Assembly (NCBI RefSeq): GCF_006345805.1
Contig: NC_043022.1
Span: 19,282,001-19,346,000, forward strand
Source: Octopus sinensis
Taxonomy: Eukaryota
Reading direction: 5' to 3'
Length of the DNA stretch: 64,000 bases
Part shown: one piece after another, positions 52,661 to 64,000 of the stretch
Layout: every line of letters starts with the position of its first letter
How positions within the stretch are numbered: position 1 is the stretch's first letter
Program-made: the position numbers and the translations under genes
Notes under the pieces: generated by a model
Database searches by the model: none
What the model saw: only the letters and a program-made list of their open reading frames with translations
Told to the model about the DNA's origin: nothing

Positions 52661-55600
52661 AGAGCTTGCAACTTGTTATGTGTGTACACACACATGTACA
52701 CACATAACAACACACACACAGACATGTGTGTGTATGTGTTTGTCTGTGTGTAAGCTTGTGTGTGTATGTATGTGTTTATATGACAGGACCTTTTCAGTTT
52801 CCATCCGCATAAAAGGCTTTCGTCGACCCGAAGCAATTGTAGAAGATACTCAAGCTGCCAGGCTGTGGGACTGAACTCGAGACCATGTTTTTGAGAAGCT
52901 AAATTCTTTCCATATTGCTACGCCTACACAGCTAGATAGCCAGACAGATAGGTTTCCCTAAGACGTTGTCGATCTTGCTCATCACTATTAACCCATAGAA
53001 CTTCATAGTAGAACTTTCATCGACCGTGTTACTCGAGTGGCAGAAAGCTGTGAGCGCTTGCTGACATTACAGATTCCAAGACTGTGGCCTGATCCAAGAC
53101 CGTGGCTCCGTGATACTGAAAATCTTATGTGACAAACGGTGACCACATCCACTCAACGTAGACGAAACGCTGGAGATATCGCAGCATCAACTCACGCCCG
53201 CGCATCATCAGCCACTTCATACGCAGTCCGCCACTCAGCGGCTGTTAACAGATGATGGCCCGTCTAACTAGCGTACATGTCCCTTCCGCAGAATGTGGAA
53301 GAGCAAGCGCTCCAACTTATACTCTGCAAGATTTCCTTCAGCTCATTATGTTACGAGTACAGCTAAGATTAACTCTACCTTTCATCCTTAAAACTAAGCA
53401 CCAGTTGAGTACTGGGGTGACCATATTCAAATAATCTCTCTCCCTAAAATTTCTGGCTTAATATTTGAAACCAATATTATTATTATTATTATTTTGCATT
53501 CAGAGGCAATGAGCTGGAAAAATTGTTAGCATGCCAAACAAAATGCTTAGAGACATTTCTTCTGGTTTTATGTTTTGAGCTCAACTCCTTCCAAGGTGTT
53601 CATATTTTGCCTTCCAGGTTCCATGAAATAAGTACCAACTGAATACTGGAGTCGATGTAATTAACTTGCTCTCATCCCAAAATATCAGACCTTCTGCCCA
53701 TAGTAGAACGATTATAATGTTGCATTCACTTTAATTCGTTAGCATTTAGCCCAGACAAATTCGGCCTTTCATACTGACCCTACACTGTAATTCTAAAAAT
53801 TAACAATCCCAGCAACAAAGCCTCAAAAGTATGAGATAAAGCAGGATTAATTCAAAACAAGGTAAAAGAATATGTATTGAATTTGCTAAGGGGTTAAGCT
53901 ATTGCTAAGGAGTTAAGCTAATGCTAAGGGGTTAAGCTAATGCTAAAGGGTTAAGCTAATGCTAAGGGTTTAAATTAATTTTCAGGGGTTAAGCTAATGC
54001 TAAAGTATGAATTAATGTTCAGGGGTTAAGCTAATGCTAAGCAGTAAATCTAATATTCAAGGATTAAATTAACGTTAGCTGGTTAAGCTACGGTCAACGG
54101 GTTAAACTAATATTCAGGGGTTAATCTAATCATAATAAATGTTATGCTACTACGAAGGGGTCAAGCAAGTTTGCTGTGCATATACAACTGATAACATTGT
54201 TATAACTTTCAATTCCTCTGTGAATTGCAAGCTTTGTCTCTTGTGTTCTTCAATGGAATCAGTAGGAAGGAAAGAAATTAGCTAAACCTGGTGGAACCAC
54301 CTATGAAGAAAATGGTATTTGTAGGGATCGAATTTTTGGATAATTTTTGTTTCTTTTGAGAGATACAAACACGGTGATATTAACATACTGGGAAATGAAC
54401 CATATAAAATTCAGTTCAATTAACTTCACAAAAGTGATGCTATGGAGATGCTTACCAACGCTGACCGGTCACCAGTTCCCAAGACAGAAATACAATCTCA
54501 GCCCCGCTTGTCCAACTAAAATCCTTTTCCGAAATAACTTTAAAACTTGAATATCTTCAGTTTTCTATATAAAAACTCGCGGCCCATGATCATCCCTTCT
54601 GAATTCATGTGGAATCAGAGATTCGATGTAGATTTCTGTTTCAATTATGGGGATCAACTTATGATACGATGCCAATCATTTTTTGTAAAATGGCAGTTTT
54701 ATAGAAATGAAGATCTCATCCACATATACATTAGAATTTCGGCCCAATGTTCACCCTCCACAATGTGAAGGTGCAAACATTTTCAGCAATACCCATTTCA
54801 ACTGTTCTTTTATCACAAGTTATTCCTTGATATTTTAAAAGTGTTGTTTTGTAACTTTATACTTGCATTCATAGCTGCAATTTATTATGTCAGCAAGAAA
54901 AAATCTGAGAGACTCAGCTAAATCAGAAGAACATTTCTAAAGACGTAGAATGGTTTTGGGGTCAAGATATTACTCTTTCTCTGCTGTCATAGTTTGATGA
55001 CAAACTTTGATTAATAATGCCAACTCCCCTTCATACAGTTACCATAGCTCTTGTTGACGATATAAAATAGCAGAAACGAAGGAATTCTATGAGAACTTCT
55101 TCAGTAAACATAAGACCGCAGCATATCAATTCAACCACTTCACACACACCTACCCACTTCATCTGCGTATCGTCTGTCCCACTCTGGTAGATACTTGCCT
55201 AAGGTGCCATGCAGTGGGACTGAACTCAGAACCACGTGGTTGGTAAGCAAGTTACGTACCACCTAGCCACTTCTCTGCCTCCTTCCCTCTCTCTCTCTCT
55301 CTCTCTCTTTCTCCCTATTATTCCCACTGTTCTCTTATTAGACTTTCGCTGTTTTAAATGCTTGCACACACACCCACAATATTCGTTTGAGCATTTCACC
55401 CACATGCCCTCACAAACACATTATTCAGCTGCGTACTGGGGTCAATGTAATTAACTAGCTTCCACTCCAAAATATCAGACCTTCTGCCCATAGTAGAACA
55501 GATTGCTATTTTGTATTCACTTTCATTCGTTAGCATATAGCCCAGACAAATTCGGCCTTTCATACTGACCCTACACTGTCATTCTAAAAATTAACAATCC

Positions 55601-56715
55601 CAGCGACAAAACTTCAAGAGTATGAGATAATGCAAGATCAATTCAAAACGAGGCAGATGAATATACATTTAATTAGCCAAGTGGTTAAGCTATTGCTAAG
55701 GAGTTAAGCTAATGTTCAGGGGATTAATATAATGTTAATAAGGGTTATGCTATTACGAAGGGGTCAAGCAAGTTTGCTGTGCATATGTAACTGATAACAA
55801 TGTCATAACTTACCATTCCTCTGTGAATTGCAAGCTTTGTCTCTTGTGTTCTTCAATGGAATCAGTAGAAAGGAAAGAAATCAGCTAAACCTGCTAGAAC
55901 CACCTATGAAGAAAATGGCATTTGTAGGGATCGAATTTTTGGATAATTTTTTTTTTCTTTTGAGAGATACAAACACGGTGATATTAACATACTGGGAAAT
56001 AAACCATATAAAATTCAGTTCAATTAACTTCACAAAAGTGATGCTATGGAGATGCTTACCAACGCTGATTGGTCACCAGTTCTCATTCGAATGCCTCTTT
56101 GATAATCCTGTTTGTTTTTTTTACTGCATTGTATTTGCATTTTTTTTGTTTGAACGCTTCCAGTTTTTTTCCTCTCTGTTGTTTTAACATTCCCACTGTT
56201 CTCTGATGACACTTTAAATACTTGCTTTCAACACTTCATTCACATTCCCTTATAAACACACTATTCATTTTCCTACTTTCAGATAAAAATATAATATGCA
56301 AGTTTTAGGGTCATGCATCGAGTGACCTAGAGATCCGCATGGCTAAACGATAGCAAAAATTCTGTATAACCCCTCGTAACGTTTTTAGTTTTCGGGATTT
56401 TCAGAAATCTTTTATGAATTTGTGTCTCACACTCGAGAATCCATATATTTAGGAAAAGAGAAAACCTGAGACATCAGCAAAAGGAGAATAATCCAATACC
56501 GTTATTCTCATTTATATTCTGATTCATTATCGTATCATTAATATTATCCTTATTGTACATTACTGCATATACTTTATACGCACTTTTGACAAGTTGTGGT
56601 GCACCTGAGCACTGTATACAGTAATTTTCATTATCATTATTCTATCGGTCTCTTTTGCCGAACCACTAGTTTCGGGGACGTAAAGACACCAGCATTGGTT
56701 GTCAAGCGATGTTGT

Positions 56716-56798
<83 letters not shown>

Positions 56799-56819
56799 AC
56801 ACACACCACACGCGCACGC

Positions 56820-56865
<46 letters not shown>

Positions 56866-57418
56866 CACACACACACACACATATATATATATGTATGCAT
56901 ATACGACAGGCCTCTTTTCAGTTTCCGTCTGCTAAATCCACTCACAAGTCTTTGGTCGGCCCGAGGCTATAGTAGAAGATACTTGCCCAAAGTGCCACGC
57001 AGTGGAACCGAACCCGGATCTATGTGGTTGGTAAGCAAGCTACTTTATTTCACTTAATTGGCTATAAAAGCCGTACACAGAGGTAGTAGCTGCGGGCTGG
57101 TCAAACCACAAGATGAATGAATGATAAAGCTGCTTCTCGAAAAGATTGTTCTTCGTTTCTTTTTTTAACCAGAATTTGACATTGTAAGAATTATAAAACA
57201 AGAATTATTCAACGGTTTAAAATATCAACTGACATGTGACAATATTCTGTTTTTGTGTTTTGCAGTTTATAAAACAGTTGAACAGATAAATGAACAGAAA
57301 TTAAAGACAATTCATCTCAAGAATATTTGATATAGAAATCCCTTATTCTTTGCAAAAGACCTTTAAAAAGGAAAAATCACCAATTCTCAAGGCTAACCAA
57401 TTCTTTCCATCTTCAACC

Positions 57419-57473
57419 ATGCTTCTTCTTCCATATTGGAGTATTTTCCTCATCATTTCCCCCCATTTCATTG
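57419..57473 (+). CDS. P3 exon 1: signal peptide [19 protein letters not shown]
   Basis: Same peptide as P2 exon 1, GTAAGT donor. Confidence 0.75.
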
Positions 57474-57589
57474 GTAAGTTCTGTAACCATTTACAGTACA
57501 CTAGTATAACTAGTCACATTGTAAAATTATTTTGAAGCTTAAAAGTAATTCATAAAATGTTTCTCCTTTTTTTCTAAACTATATTCTAG

Positions 57590-57864
57590 GTACCCACGCG
57601 GCCACAATGTGGAATATAGTCCTTTGTTCTCGTGACGAACACAATTCTGTTCGTATTTCTTTGGACCAGAAGAAATATGTAAACCTAACAAGTGAAAACA
57701 ATCAAAAGTGTTTCAGCACTGAATATGAATTAGACGATGGAATAGAGCCAAATATTTTAGAATTTGCATTTGAGATTGCAAAAAATCCAAGTCCTCCAGA
57801 TTTTGAATTAGAAGTTCAAAGAAGGCCAAGATTAGTGTACGTTAAGAAGGATGAAGTCTTAAAG
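57590..57864 (+). CDS. P3 exon 2: [92 protein letters not shown]
   Basis: Acceptor tattctag, donor GTAAGT, 275 nt open. Confidence 0.75.
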
Positions 57865-59508
57865 GTAAGTAAATAAAAATAGATGCACACACACACACAC
57901 ACACACTCACACTCACACACATACATATATATATATATACATTCACAAATACACATGCCCACCAACACACACATACCATTTATTATATACAAAATTTAGA
58001 AACAACTACTAACAGTTTCATGCTTTAGAGGTACAATAATTTGGCAGATTTATATAACATGTTTCAAAGATTGCATGGCGACATGTGGTATGTTATATAA
58101 AATTGCTAAATTATTGAATCTCTACAGCATGAAACAATTAGAAGCGCTTAAAAAAATTTTATGAACATTAAATTATATTTATCTCTTACTAGAATAATTT
58201 TTCTGTTGATCCTAACTATAACAACGCGATACACTATACGTATATAGCAAAAACTTAAAGTACTTCTCAATCTAGACTCATTGATAAGCTAAAACTTCAC
58301 TCAGTTTTATTCAGTTTAAAATAGTCCATTGTTACCCATGCCAAACCATAGAACCGTTCTAACAACAAATGCCATCTATGCATTGCAGGACTTTCTTCCA
58401 TTATACGTTGAAGCAGTTGCATTGATGAACCAATTGGCGACAGCATTAACTGAGGACATAAATTACGTAAGTTATAAATTATAATGTCTGACACTGATAA
58501 TTCCCTGGCTAATCCTTTTACATTTCCTCTCATTTACTTGTTTCAGTCATTTGACTGTGGCCATGCTGGAGCACCGCCTTCAGTCGAGGAAACCAATTTC
58601 TTATTCTTTGTAAGCCTAGTACTTATTCTATCGGTCTCTTTTGCCGAACCGCTAAGTGACGGGTACGTAAACACACCAGCATCGGTTGTCAAGCGATGTT
58701 GGGTGGGGGACAAACACAACACACACATATACACACATATATATTTACATATATACGACGTGCTTCATTCAGTTTCCGTCTACCAAATCCACTCACAAGG
58801 CTTTTGTGGCCCGAGGCTATAGTAGAAGACACTTGCCCAAGGTGCCACGCAGTGGGACTGAACCCGGAAGAATGTGATTCGTAAGCAAGCTACTTATCAC
58901 ACAGCCACTCCTACGCCTCTATTTTAATATCTTCTAAATATTTATAACCATTACCGTTTGGCTCTTTTGTTATGTTTCCGTTTTTTCTGTGGTTTTTTGT
59001 ATGTTCTCCTCTTTCCTGTGAGAGTTTGCAGATAGGCTTAGATTTCCATACACAATTTAGTTCTTAACCATTTTATCTCTTCAATCCTTTGTGTTTTTCT
59101 GTTTGTTGTTCTTGCTTCACAACTCATTTCAACTCAGAGCTGTGATTACTTAACTTGGAATTCCCATACAACAATGTAACCTTCATATAGTTAAGGTGCA
59201 TTTGGCCTGATGAATTGCTTACCTGCATACCCATCTGTGCCTAATAATTACATTGGAAGATCAGCCAGATAAGAAACATATGTATCCAGGAGTTCAACTG
59301 CTCCACTCCCTCAATTTCAATCTTTATTCGCATTCACAGCAACTTTATTTGCCCACCATAAACTATATAGAAATAAATTGTCATTCTTATTGACCAGGCA
59401 TTTTGTTTTCTCTACATGTCACGGACTGCTTGAGGCTTACTAACTTGCTACACTTGGATCCTTGGATCTAGCCCTTATCTATCAATATATATATATATAT
59501 ATATATAA

Positions 59509-59557
<49 letters not shown>

Positions 59558-59797
59558 ATATAATAATAATAATAATATTAATAATAATAATAATAATAAT
59601 AATGATAATAATAATAATAGGGAGTATAACATCAAACTTACAGGGAAAAATTCAATTTAGTATTAAATCAAATTTCACAGTATAAATATATAAAATATAA
59701 ATTAGTGATAAAACTACTATTATGCAACTCAAACAGTGATAGACATAAACCAATACATAAATAACAAATAATATATAGAATTAATATAATATAATAT

Positions 59798-59850
<53 letters not shown>

Positions 59851-60456
59851 TGATATATTGGTTCTTTCTTGTTCTGTTATAAACACAATTTTATCGTAAT
59901 CCGATGGGTTACTACATACTTTGTAGAGTACAAATTCATTATTCTTATATAAGAATATTGTTGACAGTGACTTCAAAGTTGTGGCCAGCTAAGCCATCAA
60001 TGGACTGTGATGCATTGGAGTAAGTCTTGCCTTTATATAGTCTCTGTTGAGTAAAAATCAATTTTGGGGTTGAGTGGGGTGGTAATTATGTTTTTATGGT
60101 CTCTTGTTAAGGAAAGGTGTTTTGGAACAATTTTGTTATATTAAATTTGGTTTCATGCTATCCTTTATAATTTATTCATGCATGAATAACTTTATAAACA
60201 AACTTGTAAGTGTTTCTCTTTCGTTGGGGAGGCACAAGGTGAGAGAGTATTTTTATTGCTTTTGGTATTATTGGATTTAATGCTTTTGTTTTGACAATAT
60301 ATAGGTCAAATGTACAAATGTCCAGTATATATGCCCTGGGTAATTGTGTGTGTGTGTGTATGTGTGTGTGTTTGTGTGTACACTACTCCAAACTGATCTT
60401 AAACCGAGGAACAAAATACAAATTATACACTATAAATGTTTTACCATCAACATAAC

Positions 60457-60493
<37 letters not shown>

Positions 60494-61141
60494 GTCATCA
60501 TCATCATCATCATCATCATCATCGTCATCATCATCAACATCATCACTGTCATCATTATTAATTTATTTGAAATAACTTACTGCTGTTAATTTTGTTGATT
60601 TACTTTATCTTTGGTACTTGTTCAAAATCTCTTTCTTAAAGGGATGTATTTTGGTTACATCAAATGGAATTCTGATGATCAGACAACGCCAAAAGTGGAG
60701 AAAACTACGCTGCTTCCCTGAGGACGGTTTTTTACGTTTAACATTTTTGCTGTGTTTTTCTCTTTTAAACTCATCAAGAAATTCTTTTGTTTCACACACA
60801 CACACACATACACACACGCACACACACGCACACACATTGAAGCATAAGAATTATAAGGTTAATGGGCTTTTTTCTTTTTTCTTTGAATTTCAGAAATTAT
60901 AATCACCAAAATAATTTGAATAATATATTACATAATGAATGATTTTAAAATAATATATTCAATAATTTCTCATACTTTTCAACTTGATAATAAGAATAAA
61001 AGCAATTTCAAAAATATTATTCAGTTTGTTTTTATTTATTTCTAAAATTTATAATAATAATAATAATGATGATGATGATGATATAATAATAATAATAATA
61101 ATTATAGTAGTAGTAATAGTAGTAGTAGTAGTAGCAGCAGC

Positions 61142-61220
<79 letters not shown>

Positions 61221-61229
61221 ATGTACTTT

Positions 61230-62545
61230 TAGTGATGATATCAGAATGGAGTTCGGACTGAAAAAGAGTGTCGGGTCGGTCATGAAGAGAGGCAAAATCA
61301 AATGTTTGGACGGACTAGCGATACTTTAGGGGGACGTTCTGAAGCAGATAGAAGAGATGGGCTATACGTACTTGGAGATACTGGAAATGGATAAATTGAT
61401 GGTGAAACCATTGACAGAAAAATTTAAGATGGAATACTGGCGCAGACTCAGACTAATCTTTAAGTCAAAATTAAACGGACGGAATAAAATTGAAGCTATC
61501 AAAACCTGGGCGGTTTCAATCCTTAGATATGAAGCAGAAGTAATCGCATGGATAGTAGACGAGCTAAACATCTTAGACAGAAAAGACGGAGAAGTGGACT
61601 GATTGGATGTGAATACAGCATTAGAGCAGAGGAAAACAACATAGCATGATATATAAAAAAATATCACAGAACTGCTATTATTGGAAGTAAGAATGTCAGG
61701 CTTGTGTATGATGGAAGATCGCGAAGATAAAGCAGTGTACAAGGACTTGAGAATGAATGAAACTGAAATACATGGATAAAGAAAAGAATGCATACACAAT
61801 TTTATAGGGATGTTGAAGATAAGACAGACAGAGAAAAAAGATGGCTATGGATGACTAAAAGAGAATTAAAACCGGAAACGGTGGCTCTAACCTGTGCTGC
61901 TCAAGAGTAAGCATTAAGAACCACTTACATCAAATACAAAATAAACAACACATCAGAAAGTGATAAGTGCAGAATTTTTTGACAAAATAGTGAAACCGTA
62001 TACCCTAGTTCCAGCCAATGTTGGCCACTAGCCCAGAAAGACTATAAGGGACGTCATGACAACATAGCAAGGATTGACCATTGGACACTCTGCAACAAAT
62101 ATGGAGTTGACAGAGCAAAATAGTGGTATGAACATAAACCTGAAGGCTTCATTGAAAATGATAATGCAAAGATCCTATGGGATTTTACGATTGAGCGCGA
62201 CCATGAGATAGAGAATAGGAAACAAGACATAATTTTAATTGAGAAAGAAAGCAAATGATGCTGGATCATGGATATAGCATGCCCAGGTGACAACAAGGTA
62301 TGCGATAAGGAAGAAAGAAAAATCAATATATATGAGAGTTTAGCTTGGGAGGTTAATCAGTTGTGGTCGCTGAAAAAGGTAGCAGTAGTAGCAATAATGT
62401 TCGGTGCCCTGGGAATTGTGAGTAAAATTCTGAAGAAGTCCATGCAACAAATAGGAGCTGCAATAAGGGCGTGGAGCACTTGCAGAAAGCAACACTGCTT
62501 GGAACCGCTCGATTAGTCGGCATGGTGCTCGAAAAATAATGGGTA
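61230..62545 (+). mobile_element. Decayed R4/Dong-clade LINE (RT C-terminus, CCHC knuckle, restriction-like endonuclease)
   Basis: EYWRRLRLIFKSKLNGRNKIEAI..., RHDNIARI.HW.LC, KILWDFTIERDHEI..R..DI, DIACPGD. Flanked by (TAA)/(TAG) tracts. Confidence 0.8.
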
Positions 62546-62627
62546 TTACCTTAGTTCACTGGTATTGAACAGCTGACACCGTAATACATCTCCAGCGTTA
62601 AAAGTTGTGCAAAGGCAATAATGATGA

Positions 62628-62661
<34 letters not shown>

Positions 62662-62742
62662 GGTGGTGGTGGTGGTGGTGGTGGTGGTGGTGGTGGTATA
62701 ATGATAATAATGATAATAATAATAATGATAATAATAATAATG

Positions 62743-62796
<54 letters not shown>

Positions 62797-63350
62797 CCCT
62801 GATGCAGTACCAGGCAGTGGCTCTCATGGCTTCTGATCTTAACTGATTGGAAGTGTTATCATGTACATTGTTTTATCTTGGTATAAAAAGATGGGCTACA
62901 GCAAATATTCTGCTCAATACCACAGATTTGCTTGTCAGTTGTTTGACCTTAACCAGTTGAGCATGTCCCTTAGTGGTTGACGATATGTGCATCTCTGATC
63001 ATGAGCAGAAGTAGTGGGGGAGCATCATAGCCATGTGTTGAGAGGGATTCTTTGGGTTTTGAATAGTTCACCTCTGGAAACATGGGTGGTTCTTTCAACA
63101 TCCTTAAACAACCCTTATTCAGGGACCGTTTGAGCGGGATGGGTTACTCAATCTGAAGAAAATTCTAACTGGGCCCCACCTGCAAGGTCATGTGCTGTTT
63201 ATCTTGATATGAGATCACCATGTCGCGCACATATGGTTGTGATGCATGTGCCTGGTGTACCTTTATCAGACGGGTAGTCATGATGGGTATACTGGGCTTC
63301 GTATATTTTACCCCAGTGTCACTTTGATGGCATGAACTGCTCTCTCACTC

Positions 63351-63415
<65 letters not shown>

Positions 63416-63469
63416 TAGTAATTTCTTTCGTCGGTCATAAGGGAGGACAATATCGAAGGAGGAGTTACA

Positions 63470-64000
63470 ACACAATTATTATCATTATTATTTATTGTAT
63501 TTCCATGTAGTACGGTGTCAGCTTTCCACTACCAGTGAACTAAGGTACAACCTCTTATTTTCCGAGCACCTTCCGGTGTGTTCGGGCAGTTCCAAGCCGT
63601 GCTGTTCCTGCAAGTGCTCCACTCTTCCTGCAGCCCCTATTTGTTCCACATACTTCTCGAGATTTTTGCTCACTGTTCCCAGGGCTCCGACAATTATTGG
63701 TACTACTACCACCTTTTTCAGCAACCACAACTGCTTAACTTCCCAAGCTAACCTGTCGTATCTCTCGACTGTTCTTTCTTCCTTATCGCATACCTTGTTG
63801 TCAGCTGGGCATGCTATGTCTATGATCCAGCATAGTTTGTTTTCTTTCTCAGTTAAGACTATATCTGGCTTCCTATTCTCTATCTCATGGTCGCACTCAA
63901 TCATAAAATGCCATAGGATCTTTGTGTTTTTATTTTCGACGAGGCATTCGGGTTTGTGATCGTACTAATTTTTTGCTCTGTCAACTCCATACTTGTTGCA
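63470..64000 (-). mobile_element. Second R4/Dong-clade LINE 3' end (RLE domain)
   Basis: ORF 63518..63904: RKPDIVL..WIIDIACPAD..YDRLAWEVKQLW..VPIIVGALG. Ends next to (TAA)n. Confidence 0.8.

Larger units (their letters stand above)
57419..60704 (+). pseudogene. Paralog P3, inverted partial duplicate of P2: exons 57419-57473 and 57590-57864, plus exon-3 homolog 60614-60704 with both splice sites mutated
   Basis: Exons 1-2 are intact and canonical. The exon-3 homolog has acceptor AG changed to TG (atctttg) and donor GT changed to CT (ctacgc). No exon-4 homolog is seen before the window end. Confidence 0.65.

Noticed and set aside
58030-58100. Possible exon [20 protein letters not shown]
   Set aside because: The phase does not fit after exon 2, the donor is GC in P1, and the sequence is part of a short inverted repeat.

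Overview
Repeat-rich, AT-rich animal genomic DNA, most likely octopus. Support for this is the abundant tRNA-derived SINEs resembling the octopus OK/OR families and a nad1-trnP NUMT in invertebrate mitochondrial code. The ORF track is mostly microsatellite noise. Reading splice signals by hand reveals a tandem cluster of three paralogous spliced genes: P1 (minus, 1.8-11.4 kb, runs off the left edge), P2 (minus, 25.6-44.6 kb, at least 9 coding exons) and P3 (plus, 57.4-60.7 kb, an inverted partial duplicate that is probably dead). They encode a signal peptide followed by up to at least four divergent PLAT/LH2-like beta-sandwich domains. Each domain is built from a phase 1-0 exon plus a phase 0-1 exon, and the exons appear more diverged between paralogs than the flanking introns. 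Introns and spacers hold many Penelope-like element (PLE) fragments, several distinct type-I hammerhead-ribozyme motifs (some in inverted or fold-back arrangements), a nad1-trnP NUMT inserted into a PLE ORF, an 8-unit head-less SINE concatemer bracketed by one target-site duplication, a U6-repeat chimera, a Helitron with an empty site in the paralog, and Tc1, RTE and R4/Dong remnants. All domain and family names come from manual motif recognition; no database search was run.
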